From positions 91,760,001-91,824,000 of the forward strand of contig OZ024744.1 in the NCBI GenBank assembly GCA_964016885.1: 64,000 nucleotides of DNA. Reading direction: 5' to 3'. Under the pieces are notes generated by a model. The model was not told the DNA's origin. It was given only the letters and a program-made list of their open reading frames with translations, and did no database searches. Made by a program: the position numbers and the translations under genes. This document shows, one piece after another, positions 32,996 through 45,512 of this stretch (positions are counted from its first letter, which is position 1; every line of letters begins with the position of its first letter). The DNA comes from Eledone cirrhosa. Taxonomy: Eukaryota.

Positions 32996-33489
32996 ACATA
33001 CATACATATATACATACATATGCACACATATATACATACATATATACATGCATACATATAATACACACATATAATACATACATATAATACATACATATAG
33101 TACACACATACACACATATAGAGTTGCTGAAGCATGGAACAAACTGCCTGCGTCAGTTGTTAGCTGTCAGGATACTGCATCCTTTAAAACCCTCATGCTT
33201 CCTGAAATTCGCCAAAACTACTATAGCAACAACTACTACAACAGCAGCAACAACAACAGCAACAACTACTACAACAGCAACAACAACAACAACAACAACC
33301 ATAACAACAAAAACATCAACAAAAACAACAGTAGTAACAACAGCAATGCTAATAATGTTTGAAATAGTTTAAATACAAACTCTCCATACACACATATATA
33401 CGAGGGTGGGGATGGTAGGAGGATAATTGGAAGTATTTGCTTGGATTAATTATCATCATTATCGAAAATTAATTACATCATTGGTATAA

Positions 33490-33672
33490 TTAATTGTTTC
33501 TACTTTTGGCACAAGGTCAGCAATTAACCAGTACATTACTGGTACTTTATTTTATCGACCCTGTAAAGGATGAAAGGCTAAGTTAACCTCAACGGGATTT
33601 GAACTCAGACCGTAAAGGGACGTAACTCTATGATGGAAATCATGGCGTCCGACCCTCCACCGATACTGCCAA
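33490..33672 (-). mobile_element. Family A SINE
   Basis: Reverse complement of the family A consensus. Confidence 0.8.
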
Positions 33673-33968
33673 TACACACGTGTTTTAGCCTCAAAAAATT
33701 GTTTTATTTTATTCTGTTGCTTCCTCTTCTTACTCTCTATCTTTCTACCTCATCTTTTATGTCTCATTTCTATCCTCCGATGAAGGACTAGTCTCCGAAA
33801 CGTTAAGACTCTTTTCCTGATATTTCAAGCGTTAAACTAATGTTATTTCTTCATTGCACTGTGTCATTTGGTTTGTTATTTCTGTTTACTTTTTGCACAT
33901 ATATATATATATCATCGTCATCAGCAGCATCGTTTAACGCCTAACTTCCACGCTAGCATGGGTTAGAC

Positions 33969-34011
<43 letters not shown>

Positions 34012-34784
34012 TACTGAAACATTAGTTCTTGTCTGATGACCTTGTGATAAACATGTGAAACTCCAGACTAACAAGACTCACTATTTAGCCTTAATAAAAT
34101 GAATATTAAAATTCTACTTCGGTATTGAGTACTCTTTTCTCTCAGACATCAACCAGATACGTATATATAAACAAGTTACTTTTGGTATTGAGTACTCTTT
34201 TCTCTCAGACATCAACCACATATGTATATATAAGTAAGTTTGTTTTGAAACAGCGAGTGAGTTTGAAATTAGAAATAGAAGCTTTCGTCGTATTTTTTTT
34301 TTTACTACACCCTGTGTTGGTGTAATGGTAACACAGTGATCTGGATAACCAAAGATGTGGGTTCGACTCCCATGTACATCAATACTCATCTATTTTCATT
34401 TCTTAGAGGGTTCTAAATTTCTTTAGTAAAAAAAAAAAAAAGAACGGCAAAAGCTTCTATTTCAAATATATCTAAATATTTTGATATATATATATAAATT
34501 ACATATATAGCCATCCAACCCATGTTTGCAGTGTAAACAGATGTTAAATGATAAGCGGAACATCAAACATGTCTGTCTCCCCTTGACCATAGCCTGTATT
34601 GCATTGGCAATATTGCATAACGACCTTATTACTTAAGATGCTGTCTGATGAAGTCATGTTGGTAATTGCATGATGACTACATTGCGCAATCATGAAATCC
34701 TCAGAAATATGTATTACAGTTGATTCTGAATAAAATAATTATGAATTTCTACATCTGGTCTTCGCAATTATTCTTATTATTAAT

Positions 34785-35160
34785 ATGATGGCTGCAAACT
34801 ATGCTAAGAGTATTGCAATCACTTGTCTGATTACAGAAAATGGTCAATTGTAGGCTACGGCCAGCAACAGGAACCTGTAACAGATCCTGAACAAGCAATA
34901 TCTGTGCTTTGAAGGCTTTTTAAGTGGGGAAAGGCCTTGCACTCGACCAATCCCACTTTCTGAGCATCAAAAACACTACCTGAAAAGGAGAACTGGTCAA
35001 CATCATCGGATGCTTCTGAAGCTGCAGGTTTTTTTCAGAGTTTCCCTCTCCTAGAAAGGTGTTGTGACAACAACTGGGGGCCTTCCACTCCCAGGTAAAA
35101 AAAAAAGAACTATTTGGATGGCCGTTGACTCTGATGAGTTCCTCCGCCTTTTGCCGGGTC
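34785..35160 (-). mobile_element. Second, older bipartite RTE derivative (5'-truncated)
   Basis: Shares gtcaacatcat, gctgcagg and cagagtttccctctcctagaa blocks and tggatggccgttgactc with 30960-31130; ends in gcagccatcat. Confidence 0.55.
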
Positions 35161-35514
35161 TTCCATTATCCAAGGTTTCAGGAAATTAGACGTTTCTGTT
35201 GGAAACGTCTAATTTCGTAAAACTTTGGGTAATGGAATAATTATATTTTGTTGTTTATTATGTAATATATATATATATAAATATATATATAGCATTGTTG
35301 CATAATATATGCGGACAGAGGGTGCTGTGCACTTTGCTACTGCATTAAGTGTGGCAGAAACTAGAGTTCGAGGACCACTATAGATACTCGTTTACGTGTG
35401 TTGTATTGAAGCGAATAACTATGTGTATACTCTGGGAGTGTATTTTACATTACCTATTGAGTACGCTGAGATGCAACCGGTTCTAGTATTGATACCTATG
35501 CTGGGTCCGTCAAG

Positions 35515-35611
<97 letters not shown>

Positions 35612-35647
35612 TATATATATAATACAATATAATATAATATAATATAA

Positions 35648-36093
35648 TCTATATATCTAAAACAGAGAATGTCTGTCTTTCTATCAGCTCCCTAAAACTC
35701 GAGAACCACCCAACCGATTGTTTTCAAACTTCACACATGTAATACTTATGGTCATCTGAGTGTTTCGAGAAAAAACAATTTCAGATTTTCAATGCCCTAG
35801 GGACCGCATTAGGCGATTTAGCGATCTCTCTCTATAATTCTTAGTCTTTCTTTTTAGATAGACACAGATATAACGTTGCGCCCTTATATCTGTCTGTATG
35901 TCTGATGTCTGCATTACGACAGTGTGACGCTGTGTGTGTGTGTGTGTGTGTGTGTGCGCGTGTGTGTGTGTGTGTGTGTGTGTAACATTTTTCGAAATAT
36001 TTACTTCTGCGTTCACAGATTGATTTTTTTTAGTTTCAGAAGATCCCGTTAAGGGTGAAAGCAGCGATTCTTTGCTTAAACTTTAATCTGTTA

Positions 36094-36135
<42 letters not shown>

Positions 36136-36285
36136 ATTATATATTCGTGTACAGATATTTTTGCATACACAATAACAAAATATAAACAAACGTATTTTTT
36201 TCACGAGGCTCGATAAGGATAAATATATATCAAATATATAAGAACCCTAAAGCAAATCCCGAGCAACGCCGGGCCATTCTGCTAG
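35648..36285 (+). mobile_element. Non-autonomous Helitron
   Basis: Sits between A and T; starts TCtatatatctaaaacagagaatgtctgtc; ends with hairpin cccg-agcaacgc-cggg, then 8 nt, then CTAG. Confidence 0.8.
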
Positions 36286-36307
36286 TAAATTCGAAATCTA
36301 TCTTCTA

Positions 36308-36405
<98 letters not shown>

Positions 36406-36571
36406 TCTCTCTCTCTTTCTTTCTTTCTATTTTATCTTTCCTCCTTTCTTTCTTTTCTGTCTTACATTCTTTATTTCTATCTTCTTCTTGTATATGTTAA
36501 TGATGATGATAACGGTGATAATGATGATGATATATACATATCTAATTATATACTAAATGATCATATATACA

Positions 36572-36635
<64 letters not shown>

Positions 36636-36979
36636 ATACTTTGGGAGGGTCAATATATATTAAAATAACTGATTAAAGATTAAGCAAAGAATCGCTGCTT
36701 TCAACCTTAACGGGATCTTCTGAAACTAAAAAAATCAATCTGTGAATGCAGAAGTAAATATTTCGAAAAACGTTGCAACCGAAGGAAAACAGGAAGACGG
36801 TAATTTAACTCGTGAAGACGTTCCCTGACAATGAATGGAAAAAAACGAATATAATACGTCATTATGTGGATCGATGAGAACAATTACATGCAAAGACAAA
36901 ACCACGTTTATGGTATAAATGGAGTCGTAAACTAATATTCTATTTAGAAAACCGAATGATTCTCGGCTTCAGAGTTAAG

Positions 36980-37133
36980 AATAATTGTTTCTACTTTTGG
37001 CACAAGGCCAGCACTTACCCAGTGCATTACTGGTACTTTATTTTATCAACCCCGTAAGGATGAAAGGCAAAGTTAACCTCGGCGGGATTTGAACTCAGAA
37101 TGGCAAGGGCCGTAACTCTATGCGTCAAAGCAT
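36980..37133 (-). mobile_element. Family A SINE, 5'-truncated
   Basis: Reverse complement of the family A body. Confidence 0.8.
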
Positions 37134-37139
37134 ATATAT

Positions 37140-39140
37140 GTACGAGAAAGTATACGTACCTTCACAAAACATATGGGTAAGATATACTTGCGTATACAAA
37201 TAAGTAATAATATAAACATAAAATATACTTAGCTACCACATCAAGACGTAAATTTTCCGCGTATTGTACTATCCGTTAGGGTATAATGTGGGGCTGTGTT
37301 AGGGGAAAGTTTTATGCAATTTGTGTTTACAAGCCGAAATTGCCTCAGATTTTTTGTTTAAGATGTGGTCATTGGCGTAGAGTATTTCCAGGGCTTCAGC
37401 GGCGCAGAGATCACATGGTCTTTTATTTCCGTTATAAGATCTAGCTTTAGCTAGGATCTCCCAGTGTAACCTATATTGGGTGTGGTTGTCTTTTAGACTC
37501 CAGATATAAGCTGAACGTGACGTCATATTCTTTCTTAAAGGGTTAAGAAAAGAACGGGTGTGTATGTAAAGACGCTTCTTGAATCTAATAGCGGTTAACC
37601 CTATGTAGGCCCTACGAGTCGTGGGTGTTTCGACCTTACATTTGTAGACAATGTTACTGGAGAGGCATTTCTCGGATGGAGGGCAGTCAATCCGATTCCT
37701 ATAATTACAGTTAGTACTAGCTACAGGGTTGCACGTGTTACTACGGCTAGGTAGTTTAGTTAAATTTGAAGCTGTGATGTTATGTGCAAGGTTAGGAGTC
37801 GTAGAGTAAGATATTTTAATGGTATTTCTATTAAAAATTTTATAATATTTATGTGCTGAGGGGAAATGCTTCTTAATAAGGGAGAGAAAGATCATAGCTA
37901 ATGGTGTGGCCACCTCCATATTATATGGTGGGTTATACCATATAATACGTCGGGATCTATTTTTCCTTGGTCTATGCTCATACTTAGTATATGCTACCTT
38001 ATCGACAAATCCACTCCGAGCAAGAGCTTCATTGTAATATGTGGAATGGCCGGTGAAAATATGCTCGTTTGTAGATAGATAGGAAAGCCTCAAAGAAACA
38101 TTTCTTACTAGGTTCTTGGTTATGCTGGCAGGATGGTTAGAATGCTTACTTATATAATTAAGCGTATCATTCGGCTTTCTATACGGGTAGTGCAAGCCAT
38201 TCGACAAATTGAGGGTAAACGTCGAGGCAATTAACGACTGAGAGGTTGGCCTCAACCTGTATGGAGAGATTGAAGCCTTTAAAGAAGGCTGTGAGTTCTT
38301 TTCTGAACCTGTCGCAAGCACGTGGACCGCACTTAGTCATGGTCAAAAGACCGTCATCACGGTACAAACCACCACCCACGTTGGGTAATTCTTCCTTGAT
38401 AGAGAAAGGAAGGAAAAGGCCGATAAGATCTGAAACCTCCGCCGAATCGCTGGCGCCCATACTCACGTCGAATAGGGTACTATTAGATTTTTTTATCTAA
38501 ATAGAGTTGTCGAAATTAATCACCGACTTACGGGCATTGAGGATGACATCAACTTCGAAATCCTTAACCGCTGTGAGTGTTTTAGCGAAATTGATAGCTC
38601 TAAGAAGTGGTAAAGTGATGGTGGAGTAGTAGTTATTGATGTTGAATTGGATAAAATGGCAATGTTCCTTGTTGCATATGCCATTGAACCAATCAATGAC
38701 CGCGAAAGAATTATTCCACAGTGCAAGAGGGAGCAAACTTCAAATTTCAGGTATAATTCTATCTAAAATCATTTTACTAAGTCTACATAAATCAGACTTC
38801 GTAGAGTTAATTAGCCGAATAGAGGGGTTGTTGGTAAAATTGGGTTTGTGATCCTTCAGGGTAAAGTGGGGAGATATAGGGTCCAGAATCTCAGTCGGGT
38901 CCTAGATGTTGAGTTCAGAAGTGATTTTAAACTCAGCATCGTTGATGTCATTAATGACACTCCGATTGGTTTTCTGGTAATCCTTAGTTACAGCATTATG
39001 TAGCAGTTGATGGTAAGTACTGTACTCCACTTGCTATAGATTGCCAGTTTTGTCGGAGTGGACGTGCACGGCATTATAATCCTTAATAGAACGAATTCTA
39101 TTCTTCAGGTCCTGCTGGAGGAATTGCTCATATTCCAAAA
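37140..39140 (-). mobile_element. Penelope-like element, RT plus GIY-YIG endonuclease, frameshifted
   Basis: SDKTGNL; IQFNINNYYSTI; MGASDSAEVSDLIG; GLYRDDGL; YRKPN...SNHP; WYNPPY; IVYKCKV...AYIGLT; CDLCAAE...LNKKSE...CKH. Confidence 0.92.
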
Positions 39141-39326
39141 TTTGAGCGATTCTTTGCTTAAACTTTAATCTGTTATTTTAATAAATATTTGCTCTACGGT
39201 TCTTATATCTTTGATATATATTTATCCTTATCGAGCCCTCTTTGGATTTTAGTCATCACATTTATTATTATTACTATATATATACACTGTGTGTATATAT
39301 ACTGTGTATATATATGTATATATATA

Positions 39327-39357
<31 letters not shown>

Positions 39358-39661
39358 ACACATAAGAAACGAAGAATCAGTGGTGCGACGAATTACAATT
39401 TATTAAACATATTATCCACGTATCTGAGGATCTTGCGATTTCAGAGTCAGGTTCGATCATTGCATCGATCGTGCCTCGAGCTGGTCGCCAGAGAAACGAT
39501 TGTAATATGTCTAATACATTTTAATTCGTCGCACCACTGATTCTCCGTTTCTTATGTGATATTATACTCTGCTCTGTAAGAGCATCGAGTGCTCAAACGG
39601 CCTACCGCATACGGACGCTTTAAGCATCCCACACCAATTATATATATATATATAGACTGTG

Positions 39662-39725
<64 letters not shown>

Positions 39726-39890
39726 TATACACTAAGATATGCTCACATGTCATGTTATTTTATTATTAATGTTTGTTATTTTTGTTGTTTCTTTTACTAA
39801 TTTCTAAATTTTTTTTCTTTCTCTTTCTCTCTCTCTCTCTTTCTTCCACCCATCCTTCCTTCTTTCCTTCCTTCTTTCCTTCTCATTCAG

Positions 39891-40017
39891 GTTAACTCTA
39901 GAATAACAGACTTTGACAAGGAGAAAGAAAATTGCATAAGGCATGTTCTTGAAAGATTCCAAAATGCCAGGAAAATTGGAGACGAAGATAGCAAGTCTTT
40001 TAGAGATATCAATAAAG
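39891..40017 (+). CDS. Candidate internal coding exon of an unidentified host gene (127 nt, phase 0 to phase 1): VNSRITDFDKEKENCIRHVLERFQNARKIGDEDSKSFRDINK
   Basis: Long polypyrimidine tract ending ttctcattcag; donor AAG|gtgaga; only one of three frames is open; non-repetitive sequence among repeats. Confidence 0.7.
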
Positions 40018-40149
40018 GTGAGATGTAGTATTTTTATTTTTAGTTTTATTATTTTATTTTTTGTTGTTGTTTTTTTCGCGTGGGGGTGAGACGTAGTATT
40101 TTTATTTTCGTTTTATTATTTTATTTTATTTATTTTTTCGTGTGGGAGT

Positions 40150-40400
40150 GAGGGGTAGGGGTGCTAAGGGGGAGTGAAGTGTAGGGGTGATAAGGGTGAG
40201 GATTAGCGGTGATAAGGATGAGGGGTAGGGGTGATAAGGGTGAGGGGTAGGGGTGATAAGGGTGAGGTGTGGGGGTGATAAGGATGAGGGGTAGGGGTGA
40301 TAAGGGTGAGGTGTGGGGGTGATGAGGATGAGGGGTCATAAGGGTGAGGTGTGGAGGTGATAAAGGTGACGGGTGAGGGTTGATAAGGGTGAAGGGTAGT
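40150..40400. repeat. G-rich ~22-bp minisatellite (ggggtgataagggtgaggggta variants)
   Basis: Direct reading; about 10 degenerate units. Confidence 0.85.
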
Positions 40401-40619
40401 TTTTATTACTTTTATTTTTATTATTTTTTATTTTTGTTGTTGTTGTTTTTTCGTGGGGGGGGGGGGGAGAGAGGTGTAATGAGGGTCGGGAGAGGGGTGA
40501 GTGGTTTCAAAAATTCTCATTAGTAAGAATGTGTGAAGTTGTAAGTATATATATATATACAGAGTTACGTTGTATATTTTATTTTCTTGAAAGGTATTTC
40601 ACTCTCTTTTTTATCTGTT

Positions 40620-40643
40620 GGACTCTCTGTCCCCCCCCCCTTT

Positions 40644-40686
<43 letters not shown>

Positions 40687-40805
40687 ATCTATCTATCTCT
40701 ATCTCTGTCCCCCCTCTCTCTCTGTCTATCTCTATCTCTGTCCCCCCTCTCTCTCTGTCTCTGTCTCTCTCTCTCTGTCCCTCTCTCTCTGTCCCTCTCT
40801 CTCTG

Positions 40806-40839
<34 letters not shown>

Positions 40840-40895
40840 CCTCTCTCTCTCTGGCCCTCTCTCTCTGTCCCACTCTCTCTCTCTCTCTCTCTCTG

Positions 40896-40926
<31 letters not shown>

Positions 40927-41060
40927 AACTCTGTCTCTGTCTCTCTCTGTAACTCTATTCCTCTCTCTCCTCTCCCCTCCCTCTCATATCTTTCTCCGTC
41001 ATCTTTCTCTCTCTCATGTCTGTCTGTATGCCTCTCTCTCTCTCTCTCTCTCTCTACCTG
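40620..41060. repeat. (CT)n/(CTGTCC) low-complexity tract
   Basis: Direct reading. Confidence 0.9.
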
Positions 41061-41256
41061 AGTGTATAGGTATGTGTTTGCCAATATATGTGTATGCATG
41101 TGTGTGTAGGTATTTGTCTGCATGTGTGTGTGTGTAGGTATTTGTCTGCATGTGTGTGTGTGTGAGTGTGTATGTATTTGAATTGAACACATTACAAATG
41201 TATATGTATGTATGTATGTATGTCTATATGTAATTGTGTATACAATTACACATATA

Positions 41257-41572
41257 GGATGAAAGGCAAAGTTAACCTTGGCGGGATTTGAACTCAGAAT
41301 GGAAAGGGCCGTAACTCTATGTGTCAAAGCAAATTGTCCGACCCTCTACCGATACTGCCAATCCACCGCCCTCCTGTGTGTATATATATATAATTGTTTC
41401 TACTTTTGGCACAAGGCCAGCAATTACCCAGTGCATTACTGGTACTTTATTTTATCGACCCCCGTAAGGATGAAAGGCAAAGTTAACCTCGGCGGGATTT
41501 GAACTCAGATCATACAGGGAGGTAACTCTATACTTCAAAGCATGGCGTCTGACCCTCTACCGATACTGCCAA
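41257..41572 (-). mobile_element. Two family A SINE copies (one partial)
   Basis: 41257-41370 and 41390-41572 match the reverse-complement consensus. Confidence 0.8.
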
Positions 41573-42279
41573 ATGAAAGGCAGACTGTATGATGCGTGTA
41601 TACGAACAGCAATGTTACATGGTAGTGAGACCTGGGCGCTGAAGGTGGAAGACTTACGTAGATTAGAGAGAAACGAAGCCTGCATGCTCCGATGGATGTG
41701 TAATAGTAATATACGCGAAAGACAAAGCATAAATGAATTGAGAGAGAGACTGAGCATAAGAGGAATCAAACGGTGTGTGCAGGAGAGGGGATTGTGTTGG
41801 TATGGACATGTGATGCGTATGAAGGATGGCAGCTGCATAAAGAGGTGCAGAACACTAGAAGTCAATGGAAACTGCGGAGTGGGGAGACCCAAGAAGACCT
41901 GGGATAAGATGATAAAAGCCAACCTTATCCAATTACACCTCTCAAAGGCGATGACACACGACCGTGACCTCTGGCAGCATGCAGTAATACAGAAGATCCG
42001 ACCCCCCACGGGTACAAGCCGAAGCTGAAGCATATAGACAATATGCCCCCACACCCTCCCACTGCAAAGTGGTCGTGGAGGTGCAACGGCAAAAAAGCAC
42101 CCAGCACTCACTGTAAATGAGGTTGGTGTTAGGAAGGGCATCCAGCTGTAGAAATCAAGACAGAATCAGTTCCCGTATGAGCAAGACAAGGTCAGCCGAC
42201 TGGACACTGCCCACAACAGGGCAGCTCGTCTAACCCATGCTAGCGTGGAAGAATGGATGTAAAACGGTGATGATGATGA
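41570..42279 (+). mobile_element. RTE LINE 3' fragment with UTR and (GAT)n tail
   Basis: ORF 41573-42028 MKGRLYDACIRTAMLHGSETWALKVEDL...GRPKKTWD. Confidence 0.9.
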
Positions 42280-42436
42280 AGTATGTATATATATATATGT
42301 GTGTGTATATGTATATATGTGTGCGTGTATATATATACATATATATGTGTGTATATATATATGTGTGTGTATATATATGTGTATGTGTGTGTGTAAATGT
42401 ATATATGTGTGCATGTATATATAGGCACATGGCTAC

Positions 42437-42782
42437 GGAGGCACATGGCTTAGTGGTTAGAGCATTGGCCTTGCAATCGAAAGGTTGTCAGTTCAATTCT
42501 CAGACCAGGTGATGTGTTGTTTCCTTGAGCAAGACACTTTATTTCACATTACTCCAGTTTACTCAGCTGTAGAAATGAGATGATAGGGACTGGGGTCCCT
42601 ACCATTCCACTGCAGAGTGGTCGTGTAGGTGCCACGGCAAAAAAGCACCCAGCACTCACTGTAAATGAGGTTGGTGTTAGGAAGGGCATCCAGCTGTAGA
42701 AATCAAGCCAGAATCAGTTCCCGTCCTACCCTTGCAAGCAGGGAAAAGTGGACGTAAAATGAAATGATGATGAATGATGATG
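42437..42782 (+). mobile_element. Family B SINE
   Basis: Full head/CORE/tail. Confidence 0.85.
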
Positions 42783-43076
42783 TGTGTATATATATAACTG
42801 TATATATGTATATACACATATATGTATATATATGTGTGTGTGTATATATTCCTCTGTACATCTTTACATCTGTACATAAGTATACTTAAAATTTGAGAAT
42901 GCTCGTATATACACACTTGTTAAACAATATATAATTCCAGATAATAGGATTATTTATTTTCATACGTAATCATATTTATACATACAAATATATGTCACCC
43001 CCTCCTTGCACATGCAACATCCTTCACATGTTTATATACCTACATATATACATGCAAATATATATATATATACATG

Positions 43077-43132
<56 letters not shown>

Positions 43133-43339
43133 TATATATATATATATACACACACACATATAGCAAAATTGCACTCAAACAAAATGAATACATGTGAGGA
43201 ATTGGCAAAAGCATATGACTTCCTCAGAAGCCACTCCATGGAAATGCAATTTCGTGCATAAAGCTGGTAGGCATAGTATTGAGCCCAGATTGTATAAAGG
43301 CTTCTATATATAAATTTGGGCAAATTCCGTCCGTCCGTC

Positions 43340-44070
43340 ACATTAGAGATGACTGAGGAAGGAAGAGGTGATGACGTCACATACTAGAGATGACTGAGGA
43401 AGGAAGGGGTGATGACGTCACACACTAGAGATGACTGAGGAAGGAAGGGGTGATGACGTCACACACTAGAGATGACTGAGGAAGGAAGAGGTGATGACGT
43501 CACATACTAGAGATGACTGAGGAAGGAAGGGGTGATGACGTCACACACTAGAGATGACTGAGGAAGGAAGGGGTGATGACGTCACACTAGAGATGACTGA
43601 GGAAGGAAGGGGTGATGCCGTCACACACTAGAGATGACTGAGGAAGGAAGGGGTGATGCCGTCACACACTAGAGATGACTGAGGAAGGAAGGGGTGATGA
43701 CGTCACACACTAGAGATGATTTAGGAAGGAAGGGGTGATGACGTCACACACTAGAGGTGACTGAGGAAGGAAGGGGTGATGACGTCACACACTAGAGATA
43801 ACTGAGGAAGGAAGGGGTGATGACATCACACACTAGAGATGACTGAGGAAGGAAGGGGTGATGGCGTCACACACTAGAGATGATTTAGGAAGGAAGGGGT
43901 GATGACGTCACATACTAGAAGTGACTGAGGAAGGAAGGGGTGATGACGTCACATACTAGAAGTGACTGAGGAAGGAAGGGGTGATGACGTCACACACTAG
44001 AGATGATTGAGGAAGGAAGGGGTGGTTACGTCACACACTAGAGATGACTGAAGAAGGAAGGGGTAATGAC
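43340..44070. repeat. 41-bp minisatellite, 17 full units plus 1 partial: cacactagagatgactgaggaaggaaggggtgaTGACGTCA
   Basis: Counted by eye; 12 units keep the perfect palindrome TGACGTCA. Confidence 0.95.
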
Positions 44071-44684
44071 AAACTATAGAAAACAGCATCTAACATTCAC
44101 TACATTTGTGTATACAATTGATATACACACACACATACACATATGCATCAGCGTGTTGAAAAAGAATTCTCTTAAAACAAACTACAGGGAAGATTCATAA
44201 GAGACAACACAACAACAAAATGACAGGAGACAACAAGTTAGTGTCTTATGTCTGGAAACAGGACAGGATACACAAATTGTAGAAATGGTAAAACTGACCT
44301 GAGGGAAATATAAATAGACTTTTGTCAAAAAAGAGGAGAGAGAGAATGTGTGAGAAAGGGGGAATGTATAAGAAAGAGAAAAAGAGAAAGTGAGAGATGT
44401 TGTGCATATATAGTATTAATAATAAATACAAAGACTAAAATCTGGAGACGACTCAAGAAGGGTTATATACACATATATAAGTATATATAAGTTCTTACAT
44501 AAAATTATGTTGGAGGTTTTAATACAAGCAGTTTTGCATCATAAAATCAGGTGTTGTTTGTGGTTGGTTAATATCAAAAGAATTAGCTTATTTCATCTGG
44601 AGAAGCAAGATGTGATGGCTGAAAGATCTCTTGAGTAGTTGTGGATTTGGAGAAGCACTAATTGGTAAAAGGGTTGTGGTAAGG

Positions 44685-44960
44685 GTGATGAGCTTATAAT
44701 TTTAATGATGTGAGTTCAATTCTCAGGTGCATGTTGTGTCTTGAGCAAGACACTTTATTTCACATTGCTCTAGTCCACTCAGCTGGCCAAGATGAGCTGT
44801 ACCTGTGATTCAAAGGGTCTGTCTTGTCACACTGAATCTATCTCCCTGAGAACTATGTTAGAAGTACATGTCTCTGTGGAATGCTCAGCCACTTGTATGT
44901 TAATTTCATGAGCAGGCTGTTCCACTGTTCGAAAAACATTTGTCATTGTAACTGATGAAG
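44685..44960 (+). mobile_element. Old CORE-type SINE
   Basis: gagttcaattctc...tgtcttgagcaagacactttatttcacattgctctagtccactcagctg. Confidence 0.65.
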
Positions 44961-45512
44961 ATTCAATGAAACTTATAATGTAGTAGACAACTAGGAGTTT
45001 CTATGGAACAACCAGTTGAGGGTTTCAAACCAGATCTGTGACTCTTGCAAGGTTTCAGTTAGACATAAGGTGACATGATGATGGGATAGGACCACAGATT
45101 AAGCCCTAAAGGCTACAAACTACTTTCAAGTCTTGAATAATTGCCCCCCCCCCCCTCTCCCCACACTTATTAATTGCCCCCCCCCCCCTCTCGCGCTTTT
45201 ATCCCCACCCTGCTTATTAAATTTTGCTAATCTATCTCTGGCAAAATTTTATTGTTAGTGATTCATATTGATACAGCAGCTGGGGAATCTAATAATTATT
45301 TTATTTTACATTTAAAAAACATTATATATGACAAAAAACGAACATTGCAAGAAATCCCATATTTACGAACATACTCTATACAATTACCCATTCTTCCCCC
45401 TGGCCCCAGCTTATAAACATTTAAGCAAATGTCCACCCACCCATATGCAAAAAATTAGAATACGCAGCAAACCCCACCAATTTTACATATCAAAGATAGC
45501 TTGGTGCAAGTA

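Noticed and set aside
33217-33350. Thr-rich mucin-like ORF
   Set aside because: (CAA/CTA/CAG)n microsatellite attached to a CR1 fragment; no splice signals noted
35131-35210. CTGATGA...GAAAC hammerhead on the plus strand
   Set aside because: The CTGATGA is the antisense of the RTE leader motif actcatcagagtcaacgg, and the GAAAC belongs to a separate palindrome; no stem II connects them
43340-44070. CRISPR array
   Set aside because: Units are contiguous tandem repeats without unique spacers
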